A DNA stretch of 64,000 bases from Phycisphaerae bacterium (GTDB lineage: Bacteria; Planctomycetota; Phycisphaerae; Sedimentisphaerales; Anaerobacaceae): NCBI GenBank assembly GCA_030604525.1, contig JAUVVQ010000005.1, positions 15,162-79,161 on the forward strand, written 5' to 3'. Positions 8,807 to 17,025 of the stretch are shown here, piece by piece. The notes beneath the pieces are model-generated. The model was not told where the DNA came from and ran no database searches. It saw only the letters and a program-made list of their open reading frames with translations. Made by a program: the position numbers and the translations under genes. Positions within the stretch are counted from its first letter, which is position 1. Every line of letters starts with the position of its first letter.

Positions 8807-11098
8807 ATGGCAAAGCTTGATCCAAATAAATTTCGAGTTAGCTCAGCACTAAAAAATATCATTGGCAAAGAGTTAATTACCGATGATTTTATTGCAGTAT
8901 TTGAATTAGTCAAAAATTCTTTTGATGCACATGCAGCACAAGTTGATATCTTTTTTGAAGGTATCCGTGGCGATAATACAAGGCTTATCATATGGGATGA
9001 TGGCAAAGGAATGGATAGGGAGGATATAATAAAAAAATGGCTTTTTGTTGCCTATTCTGCAAAAAAAGAAGGGACGGAAGACTACAGGGATAAGATTAAA
9101 TCCAAACTTATTCATGCAGGGTCTAAGGGAATTGGGCGTTTTTCCTGTGATAGGCTTGGTAGTAACCTTACTTTTTATACGAAGAGAAAGGGAGACAATG
9201 CAAAAATCAATAAGCTTGTAGTCGATTGGGCTGACTTTGAACAAGACTCGCAAGAAGAATTTATTAATATCAAGATTAAACATAGTTATGTCCAAGAAGC
9301 ACCTTACGAAAACTTTAAACATGGTACGATATTGGAGATAACCGGATTACTGGAAAGATGGAATAGAGATAAACTTCTTACGCTAAGACATTCTCTTGAA
9401 AAATTAATTAATCCCAACCAGGAAAATGATCCGCATGGCTTCTCGATATATCTTAATGTTGAAGAGGAAGAAGAAAAAGACAGGGAAGAAAAAGCAAAGG
9501 GTGAGAAAAGAGATATTGTTAATGGTAGGATTGAAAATAAAATATTTGAAAATTTAGAAATTAAAACAACAAAAATCAACACAGTTATTTCTAAAGACGG
9601 CAAAACCATTACTACCCTCCTAGAAGATAGAGGGACCTTGATATATAAAGTTGTTGAAGAAAATTCTTACAAAGAACTACTTAAAAATATTAATATTTAT
9701 CTTTTTGTGCTTAATCGTTCCGCCAAACTTAGTTTTTCAAAAAGGATGGGGATTCGTGCAGTTCAGTATGGTTCTATTTTCCTTTACAAGAATGGCTTTA
9801 GAATCTATCCATTCGGAGAACCAGGGCAAGATACACTTAAAATAGATCATCGTAAACAACAGGGGACAGCACGCTTTTTCGGCACACGTGATTTAATAGG
9901 ACGAATAGAAATTAATGGGAATAACCCTTTGTTTCAGGAGACAAGTAGCAGGGACGGCGGTCTTATCCGCAACTCAGCCTATGAAGTCTTGGAGAAATTT
10001 TTTACTGAGTATGTGCTAAAGAGACTTGAAAAATTCGCTATTGGTGTAATCAAATGGGGTAATGATGGCGATTTGCTAGACCACGAGCAACTTAGCCCCG
10101 CAGAGATGAAGAAAAAAGTTTCCGATATCGTGTACCATCTAACGACATCTGAAAATATTATTGATTTCAACTACAATCCAAAACTTATTGATGTACTGCA
10201 GGATAGGACCGAGAGAAGCCTTAAGAAGATACTCGGCAACCTACAGCACATCGCGGAACAATCAGATAACCAGCTTGTTGCCAAAGAGATTAGGCGAGCT
10301 CAAAGACAATATAACTCTCTCTTAAAAGCTAAAGAGGAAGCTGAAAAAGGAGAACAAGCTGCAAAGGAAGAGACCAGAAAAGGAAAGGATGTTGTAAAAC
10401 AAAAGGAAACTCAAAACTTATTTTTGAAGGCAGCTATACCCCATGACGTGAAGTTCCTGGATAATCTCTGTCACTCTATTGGAATGTACGCAGATGGTAT
10501 GCATGATGACATCAGGGATATATTGTCAGAGGCAAAGAAAAAACAGATGAGTAGGAATGTCATCGTAGGTGCAATTAAAAATATAAGTTACCATTCGAAT
10601 ACAATCGCTTCGTTGGCCAAATTTGTATCAAGGGCTAAATTCAGGTTTGATTGTGCCAAGATGAGAAAGGACTTAATCCTCTTCATGAGAGAGCATTTGT
10701 TGAACGTCTCTTCGGAGATTTACAAAAAGGAGATACGGATCAAGTTTACCAGCGAGATTAAAGGAAAATTCGTTTGTGAATTCAGGCCAATAGAGATAAC
10801 GATACTTCTCGATAACTTAATAAGTAACTCAATAAAAAAGAAGGCACGGAATTTTATCATTGATGTCATGTCTCTGACGCCCGGAATGTTGAAGGTTAGT
10901 TTTTCGGATGATGGTCAGGGTGTGCCCAGTTCGGTTCGTGATTGCCTTTTCGAGGAAGGTATAACCACAACAAGTGGTTCCGGTTTAGGGTTATTTCATG
11001 TGAAAGAGATAATCACCAGCATGAAGGGCAGCATACAGTTCAATCCTGATTACAAAGGTGGAGCTCAATTCGTAGCTACATTTAAGAGGAAACCATGA
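8807..11098 (+). CDS. Fusion protein: N-terminal MORC/HATPase_c_3-like GHKL ATPase plus C-terminal histidine kinase (DHp-like H-box and CA domain)
   Basis: N-terminal motifs ELVKNSFDAHA, IWDDGKGMD, GSKGIGRFS. A Lys/Glu coiled-coil follows, then IPHDVKFLDNL (His546). C-terminal motifs LLDNLISNSIKK (N box), FSDDGQGV (G1), SGSGLGLFHVKEI (G2). The start codon directly abuts the methyltransferase stop. Confidence 0.7.
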   Translation: MAKLDPNKFRVSSALKNIIGKELITDDFIAVFELVKNSFDAHAAQVDIFFEGIRGDNTRLIIWDDGKGMDREDIIKKWLFVAYSAKKEGTEDYRDKIKSKLIHAGSKGIGRFSCDRLGSNLTFYTKRKGDNAKINKLVVDWADFEQDSQEEFINIKIKHSYVQEAPYENFKHGTILEITGLLERWNRDKLLTLRHSLEKLINPNQENDPHGFSIYLNVEEEEEKDREEKAKGEKRDIVNGRIENKIFENLEIKTTKINTVISKDGKTITTLLEDRGTLIYKVVEENSYKELLKNINIYLFVLNRSAKLSFSKRMGIRAVQYGSIFLYKNGFRIYPFGEPGQDTLKIDHRKQQGTARFFGTRDLIGRIEINGNNPLFQETSSRDGGLIRNSAYEVLEKFFTEYVLKRLEKFAIGVIKWGNDGDLLDHEQLSPAEMKKKVSDIVYHLTTSENIIDFNYNPKLIDVLQDRTERSLKKILGNLQHIAEQSDNQLVAKEIRRAQRQYNSLLKAKEEAEKGEQAAKEETRKGKDVVKQKETQNLFLKAAIPHDVKFLDNLCHSIGMYADGMHDDIRDILSEAKKKQMSRNVIVGAIKNISYHSNTIASLAKFVSRAKFRFDCAKMRKDLILFMREHLLNVSSEIYKKEIRIKFTSEIKGKFVCEFRPIEITILLDNLISNSIKKKARNFIIDVMSLTPGMLKVSFSDDGQGVPSSVRDCLFEEGITTTSGSGLGLFHVKEIITSMKGSIQFNPDYKGGAQFVATFKRKP

Positions 11099-11991
11099 GT
11101 CTTAGTTATAGAATTCTCTGGATAGACGATAACCCTACAACCATCAGGAGTAAGGTAAATCAAATCAGAACTTTCTTAGAAAAACAAGGTTTTAGGCCAG
11201 TGATAGATGTAATCGAAAGCGGGAATAATATAGAAAGCCACCTGTTAGACCCGCTTTTGGATTTAATTGTCACTGATTATAGAATACATGATGATTTGAA
11301 TGGAAAAGAGGTGGCTGAAGGAATCCGGGAATCAGATGTGATGGTTGATATTATCCTGTATTCTCAAGTCGCGGGTACGGATTTATACAAAGAGGTAGGT
11401 ACTTTAGATGGTGTTTACATTTCAAACAGGCAAGGATTGGAAGACAAGATTAAGGAAGTTATTGAAATCACCATAAGAAGAACACAAAGAGTGAGCAGTA
11501 TGCGGGGGATTGTAATTTCGGAAGCAATTGATATTGAGAATCAAATTGAAGATATCATCTTGTCTTATTACGACACCAGGGAAAAAGAACTGGCTAAGGT
11601 ACTGTTAAGCGGCGATGGTTGCAATGATCTTGGCCCTAAAATACGGTTTCTCAATTCTACGCTGAAGGATATTATTGCATCTATAAAAAGTAGTGATCAA
11701 GCAACAGAGAAAAAGATGCAACAAAAGATAGAACTGCTACTTAGCACAGCCAAGAAACTTGAAAACGAAGTCTGCAAACCCAGAGATATGCTTGCTCACG
11801 TTGAGCATACGATCGACAACAACACAATATTTTTAAAAAGTCTAAAATCTGGGTATGAAGATATCAAGATAGATACGGGTTGTTGTCAAAAAATGAGGCA
11901 ATCGTTTATGAAACACGCATCAAACCTTGAACAAATCAAAAGTTTTCTCTCCAAGTGGCATGAATATAAGAAAAAAGTACAAAAGAATTAA
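11095..11991 (+). CDS. Receiver (REC) domain protein with a helical C-terminal HEPN-like domain (Rx4H)
   Basis: ILWIDDNP (D11/D12), LIVTD (D61) and ILYS (S90) fit a receiver domain. The C-terminal domain carries KPRDMLAH (R230-x4-H235). An ATGA overlap couples it to the upstream kinase gene. Confidence 0.6.
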   Translation: MSLSYRILWIDDNPTTIRSKVNQIRTFLEKQGFRPVIDVIESGNNIESHLLDPLLDLIVTDYRIHDDLNGKEVAEGIRESDVMVDIILYSQVAGTDLYKEVGTLDGVYISNRQGLEDKIKEVIEITIRRTQRVSSMRGIVISEAIDIENQIEDIILSYYDTREKELAKVLLSGDGCNDLGPKIRFLNSTLKDIIASIKSSDQATEKKMQQKIELLLSTAKKLENEVCKPRDMLAHVEHTIDNNTIFLKSLKSGYEDIKIDTGCCQKMRQSFMKHASNLEQIKSFLSKWHEYKKKVQKN

Positions 11992-12664
11992 TAAACTAAA
12001 AATAAAATGGTTTCAAACTCAGTTAGCCCATTGGTTCGAACTCAATAATCGCAAATTTCCCTGGCGCGAAGGAAATTGCTCAAAATACCAGTTAATAATA
12101 GCTGAGGTTTTGCTTCAAAGAACTAAAGCCGAAACAATCGCAACCTTCTTCCCCTTTTTCATTAAACAATACCCTTCTTGGAAATCATTGTCTTCTGTGA
12201 ATAAAACAAAGTTAAAAAAAGACTTGAAACCAATCGGACTTTGGAAAAGAAGGTCTGATACTTTAAAGAGATTATCAACCGCGATGGCAAAACGTGGAGG
12301 GAGATTTCCAAGAACCAGGGGAGAAATTGAAGAATTACCGGGAGTTGGACAATACATTGCAAATGCAATTCTGATGTTCTGTCAAGATGAACCACAACCG
12401 TTACTCGATATGAATATGGCGAGAGTATTGGAAAGATTTTTCGGACAGCGTCAATTGGCTGATATACGTTATGATCCATATTTGCAAGAATTATCCCGAA
12501 GAGTTCTTCCCAAGAATCATGCGAAGGAATTTAACTGGGCAATCCTTGATTTTGCCTCCTTGATTTGTAAGGCCAGAAAACCTCTATGTTTGAAATGTCC
12601 CCTTAAAATCAGGTGCCAGTATTTCGACCATGATAAAGGAGTTGTGCTTGTCAAGCGGTCGTAG
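11960..12664 (+). CDS. HhH-GPD DNA glycosylase of the EndoIII/MutY family (Mig-like, [4Fe-4S] loop)
   Basis: FPWRE...VLLQRTKAE, HhH motif LPGVGQYIANAI, Asp context LLDMNMARVLERFF, and the cluster loop C-x6-C-x2-C-x5-C (CKARKPLCLKCPLKIRC). The start is uncertain: the ORF track gives 11927, and the second Met is at 11960. Confidence 0.85.
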   Translation: MNIRKKYKRINKLKIKWFQTQLAHWFELNNRKFPWREGNCSKYQLIIAEVLLQRTKAETIATFFPFFIKQYPSWKSLSSVNKTKLKKDLKPIGLWKRRSDTLKRLSTAMAKRGGRFPRTRGEIEELPGVGQYIANAILMFCQDEPQPLLDMNMARVLERFFGQRQLADIRYDPYLQELSRRVLPKNHAKEFNWAILDFASLICKARKPLCLKCPLKIRCQYFDHDKGVVLVKRS

Positions 12665-12960
12665 GGCCATCGCAAAACGGCTGAAATTCCAATGATTGCT
12701 TTTTGAGAAATGAATAAACCTGCAGGTGTCAGTGATCAAAAGTTGTCGTGCATATCAAACTCAATCAAAACACAACAGTGATGCCTTAAAATTTGATATA
12801 TTGACGGATATTCTTTGTGTTAAGAAGTATGAAACTTAAAAATGAATCCGCAAAACTACGCAGCTTTTTTAAGCCGATAACCCATTATCCGTATTTGACG
12901 GAAAAAGTGTTGTTTAATATTACATAGAACTGTTTTGGGGTCACGTTCGGGTCTGGCTGG

Positions 12961-13085
12961 CTCGCGGATTAACTGCTCATTGATAGAGGGCGGTGCATTA
13001 AAGTCAAAAGTATCAAGTGTTTTTATTACAGGAAAGCGAGCGGGTTTTACTCGCCTTTCAGCAGTTCGTCAAAAGTACAGTTTAT
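12961..13085 (-). pseudogene. IS21-family IstB helper ATPase, N-terminal fragment
   Basis: The minus-strand translation AERRVKPARFPVIKTLDTFDFNAPPSINEQLIRE matches the conserved IstB segment upstream of Walker A. It is preceded by a frameshifted TFDELLKGE. No Walker A or later sequence follows. Confidence 0.55.
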
Positions 13086-13150
13086 GGTTAGTTTTTGATT
13101 AGCTGGGCAATAATTGGCTTTTGTTTACATATCCTGTCCCTGAAATCTGC

Positions 13151-13179
13151 TTGCTAATATCCGATTTCGCTGGTATCAT
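13151..13179 (+). promoter_or_regulatory. Possible sigma70-like promoter for the type I R-M operon
   Basis: TTGCTA, 17-nt spacer, TATCAT, about 70 nt upstream of the hsdM ATG. Confidence 0.3.
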
Positions 13180-13251
13180 CTGGAAAAATTGTCTCTGTAA
13201 TTCATTGGAGAGATAGCAATATGGCTGGGAATCCAAGGAAAGGAATTCGTA

Positions 13252-15294
13252 ATGAACAACTTTGGTGATAAGGTCAGTTTTATATGGAGCGTAGCTGACT
13301 TGCTTCGCGGGCCGTATAAGCCAAATCAGTACAGGGACGTAATGTTGCCTCTCACCGTGCTGCGGCGTCTGGACTGTGTACTGGAACCGACTAAAGGCAA
13401 GGTGCTGGCCAAACTAAACGCCCTAAAAGGCGGCTCTGTCAAGAATATCGAGCCGATTCTTAACCGTGCTGCGGGGCAGCAATTTCACAATACCAGTTTG
13501 CTTGATTTTAACAAACTTAAAGGCGATCCCAATAATATCGCAGCTAACCTGGTTAGTTATACTAAAGGCTTTTCTTCAAAGGCACGCGAGGTAATAGAGT
13601 ATTTCGATTTTGAGCCCCATATCGAGAAGCTGGACAATGCCAATCGCCTGTACTTGGTGGTTAAAAAATTTGCAGAAATCGACCTGCATCCTGATGTTGT
13701 TTCCAATACAGAGATGGGTTACATCTTTGAAGAGCTTATTCGCAAGTTTAACGAAGCAGCCAACGAGGAAGCCGGTGACCATTTCACCCCTCGTGAGGTC
13801 ATCCGTCTTATGGTCAACCTGCTTTTTTCTCAGGATAATGCAATCCTGACCACAAAGGGTATCGTAAGAACTCTCTACGACCCTGCGTGTGGTACAGGTG
13901 GTATGTTGTCGGTTTCAGATGAATATCTTCGTGAGCTAAATCCAGATGCTCGACTCGAAGTTTACGGCCAGGAATATAATCGATTTGCATATGCAACCTG
14001 TGGCTCGGATATGATAATTAAAGGCCAAAGCCTTGAAAATATTAAATTCGGCGACACATTCGGCGATGGTAAAACCTCTGACGGTCTGCCACGTCATAAG
14101 TTTGATTATATGCTGGCAAATCCGCCATTTGGTGTTGAATGGAAGCCAGAGGCAGATGAGGTCAGAAAAGAATACGACCAGCAGGGTTTTACCGGCAGAT
14201 TTGGGGCTGGAGTTCCCCGGATTAACGATGGGTCGTTCCTGTTCCTACAGCATATGATATCCAAAATAAAGCCTGTAAAAGATGGCGGCAGCCGTATTGG
14301 AATAGTATTCAATGGCTCACCTTTGTTTACCGGCGATGCGGGTTCTGGCGAATCAAATATTCGCCAATGGATTATAGAACATGATTGGCTTGAAGCCATA
14401 ATCGCTATGCCCGACCAGTTGTTTTACAATACCGGCATATTTACATATATCTGGATAGTTACCAACCGCAAGGAGAAGAAACGTAGAGGTAAAATTCAGC
14501 TTATCAATGCTGTTGAGTTTTATCAGAAAATGCGAAAGAGCCTTGGCAACAAGCGTAATGAGATTGGCGACGGACAAAATGGACGACCGAACCACATTGC
14601 AGAAATTACTCGTATTTATGGCGAATTTAAGGAATCAAAATACAGCAAGATATTCAACAACGATGATTTTGGCTTTCGCAAAATAACTGTTGAAAGGCCG
14701 CTCAAGTTAAGCTTTCAGGCAACTGCTGAGCGCATTAAATCTCTAATGGAGACAAAAGCTTTTGTTAATCTGGCTAAGTCCAAAAGGAAAAAAGGTTCTA
14801 AGATAGCCTTGGCTGAAATAGAAGCAGGACAAAAGTTGCAGGCCGACATTCTTGAAGCTTTGAAAACGCTTGATGCCGACAAGATTTACAAAAACCGTGA
14901 TGCTTTTGATAAAGACCTGGCTGTTGCGATGAAAGCTGCAGATATCAAGCTGCCTGCCCCAGTCAAAAAGGCGATTCTAAACACTCTTTGCGAACGGGAC
15001 GAGACAGCTGATGTTTGCACAGACAAAAAAGGTAACCCTGAGCCGGATACCGAGCTTAGAGACTATGAAAATGTGCCGTTAAAGGAGGATATTTACGAAT
15101 ACTTCAAACGTGAAGTTCTGCAGCACGTACCCGATGCATGGATTGACGAGAGTAAGACCAAGGTTGGCTACGAGATACCTCTAAACCGGCACTTCTATGA
15201 ATATACCCCGCCAAGACCACTTGCAGATATTGAGTCTGATATTAAGGCCCTCGAAGGAGACATCGTAAAAATGCTGGGGGAGGTGACAGGATGA
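13252..15294 (+). CDS. hsdM: Type I restriction-modification methyltransferase subunit
   Basis: N-terminal HsdM-type region, motif I DPACGTGGML, motif IV LANPPFGVEW. Operon context with hsdS and hsdR. Confidence 0.95.
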   Translation: MNNFGDKVSFIWSVADLLRGPYKPNQYRDVMLPLTVLRRLDCVLEPTKGKVLAKLNALKGGSVKNIEPILNRAAGQQFHNTSLLDFNKLKGDPNNIAANLVSYTKGFSSKAREVIEYFDFEPHIEKLDNANRLYLVVKKFAEIDLHPDVVSNTEMGYIFEELIRKFNEAANEEAGDHFTPREVIRLMVNLLFSQDNAILTTKGIVRTLYDPACGTGGMLSVSDEYLRELNPDARLEVYGQEYNRFAYATCGSDMIIKGQSLENIKFGDTFGDGKTSDGLPRHKFDYMLANPPFGVEWKPEADEVRKEYDQQGFTGRFGAGVPRINDGSFLFLQHMISKIKPVKDGGSRIGIVFNGSPLFTGDAGSGESNIRQWIIEHDWLEAIIAMPDQLFYNTGIFTYIWIVTNRKEKKRRGKIQLINAVEFYQKMRKSLGNKRNEIGDGQNGRPNHIAEITRIYGEFKESKYSKIFNNDDFGFRKITVERPLKLSFQATAERIKSLMETKAFVNLAKSKRKKGSKIALAEIEAGQKLQADILEALKTLDADKIYKNRDAFDKDLAVAMKAADIKLPAPVKKAILNTLCERDETADVCTDKKGNPEPDTELRDYENVPLKEDIYEYFKREVLQHVPDAWIDESKTKVGYEIPLNRHFYEYTPPRPLADIESDIKALEGDIVKMLGEVTG

Positions 15295-16658
15295 TAAGCC
15301 CGCTGGATGCAATTACAAAATTTTATTTAGAATCGCATCGATTCAATGGATATCCATTTGTAAATTTAAAGCAAGAACTCGGGATGAATTTTCACGACGC
15401 TTTTAATTTTGTAAGAGAGAATGTTAATAATGGAACTCTTACAGCTGTTTTTGGTGATATGCACCCAAATCCGCATATCAAAGCTTTTTCTGATGAGCCA
15501 CAGAAAAATATTATAACTAAACTGAATCAGCATAAAGATAAAATGAATGAGAGTTTTAATGAATATTCAGCTAATGATCCTGATAACTCTGCTTACAGCA
15601 AAATAGGAAATTGTGCTATCAAATTTGCGACGGGCATAACAGTCTGCCTTTATCCCACGAGGTTACATCTTGAGAGTATTGTCAATCCAGATGGCTACAA
15701 AGATCGTCCTTATACCTATGAAATGGCACTGGGGGCAGGCCAGTTAGAGTTTCGCTACTTTGAATTAACTGTACTTGAATTTTATAGAAACGATCCCAGA
15801 TATTACTATTGGTGTGATGACATTAATGGACGTATTTCTATACACGATGAACACTATCACGGCGAATCAATGGCGGAGAAAGACAAAGTTTTATTAGAGA
15901 CATTTGGTTTTGCTTATGATAATGATACACATCGTGCAGTCACAACTTTAGTCTACTATATTTCCAAGTTATCACCAGAGCATCAGCAGGTATGGAAAAA
16001 TCAGGAATTAGACTCCTCTAAATACAGACCGCATCCGGATTATTATCGTAACAATATCCTTGGAGACTGGGGCGAAAAGATTCCTATTTGCACAGCATTT
16101 TTGATGGAATTGAAAATCATAAATCAAATGTGTGTTGCGATGGGTAAACCAGCTTTGTTTCGTAAAGACTTTGATGGTGACGATAAACCACGTAATTTTT
16201 CTTTTCTCGTTAGACCTACTCATAAAGAGTATTATGATTTTGTTGGTCTTCTGGACAAAATGATGTCTGATAATGTTAATAAAAAGTTTTTTGAAAATGA
16301 CATATCCTGTGAAGACGAGGAAACTCGCCCTGATGGCAAAATTGTAGTTAAACAAAAAGGGACAATCCAATTATTGAAGGAATGGATAAATAAATACTAT
16401 CATCCTCAAGGTCAGAAGCCGATGGATGATATTTTCAAGGCGTTTCGTAAAGTAAGAAAGGAAAGGCAGCGTCCTGCCCATGCTATTGATGACGATAGAT
16501 TCGATCAAAAATATTTCGCAGATCAGCGTCAGATTTTAAAAGAAGCTTATGGTGCAGTCAGGACCATACGTTTGGTTTTCGCCAATCATCCTGCTGTAAA
16601 GGCTGCAAAAATTGATATCCCTCAGAATCTTTTTGAAGGCAAAATATGGACTTGTTGA
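15291..16658 (+). CDS. Hypothetical protein (455 aa) embedded between hsdM and hsdS
   Basis: ATGA overlap with the hsdM stop. No domain recognised. A basic segment near the C-terminus, FRKVRKERQRPAHAIDDDRF, contains an R-x4-H spacing. Confidence 0.6.
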   Translation: MISPLDAITKFYLESHRFNGYPFVNLKQELGMNFHDAFNFVRENVNNGTLTAVFGDMHPNPHIKAFSDEPQKNIITKLNQHKDKMNESFNEYSANDPDNSAYSKIGNCAIKFATGITVCLYPTRLHLESIVNPDGYKDRPYTYEMALGAGQLEFRYFELTVLEFYRNDPRYYYWCDDINGRISIHDEHYHGESMAEKDKVLLETFGFAYDNDTHRAVTTLVYYISKLSPEHQQVWKNQELDSSKYRPHPDYYRNNILGDWGEKIPICTAFLMELKIINQMCVAMGKPALFRKDFDGDDKPRNFSFLVRPTHKEYYDFVGLLDKMMSDNVNKKFFENDISCEDEETRPDGKIVVKQKGTIQLLKEWINKYYHPQGQKPMDDIFKAFRKVRKERQRPAHAIDDDRFDQKYFADQRQILKEAYGAVRTIRLVFANHPAVKAAKIDIPQNLFEGKIWTC

Positions 16659-16675
16659 TCTAACAGGAGAATAAT

Positions 16676-17008
16676 ATGGCAATATTAGACACGGCAAAAA
16701 CAATAGCTGAACTTGCTAAAAAGGGTATGACTGTAGAGCTTCAGGAAAAGATTGTGGAGCTTAGAGAAGAAGTGATAGCTCTTAAAGAAGAAAACGTTCA
16801 ATTGAGAGAGGAAAACCTACAATTAAAGCAACAACTTAATGGCTATGCTAAAGGCAACCTTTGCCCGAAATGCAAGAAAGATACATGGCAGCTTGAAGAA
16901 AGTAAACCGCATCCTATCATGCAAGATATGGGTATTATTTTGAGGACATATAAATGTTCGCAATGCGGTTTCTCTGAAGAATATGATTATACGCCGAAAG
17001 GTCATTAA
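16676..17008 (+). CDS. Coiled-coil plus zinc-ribbon small protein (110 aa)
   Basis: Leucine-zipper-like VELREEVIALKEENVQLREENLQLKQQL, followed by CPKC...CSQC (a four-Cys ribbon). Confidence 0.55.
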   Translation: MAILDTAKTIAELAKKGMTVELQEKIVELREEVIALKEENVQLREENLQLKQQLNGYAKGNLCPKCKKDTWQLEESKPHPIMQDMGIILRTYKCSQCGFSEEYDYTPKGH

Positions 17009-17025
17009 CAAAACCCCTAAAAGCC

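Noticed and set aside
11927-11959. The ORF-track start of the glycosylase gene at 11927, which overlaps the REC-HEPN-like gene by 65 nt.
   Set aside because: A second in-frame ATG at 11960 shortens the overlap to 32 nt. Either start is possible, so this was recorded as an uncertainty rather than as a feature (for example programmed frameshifting).
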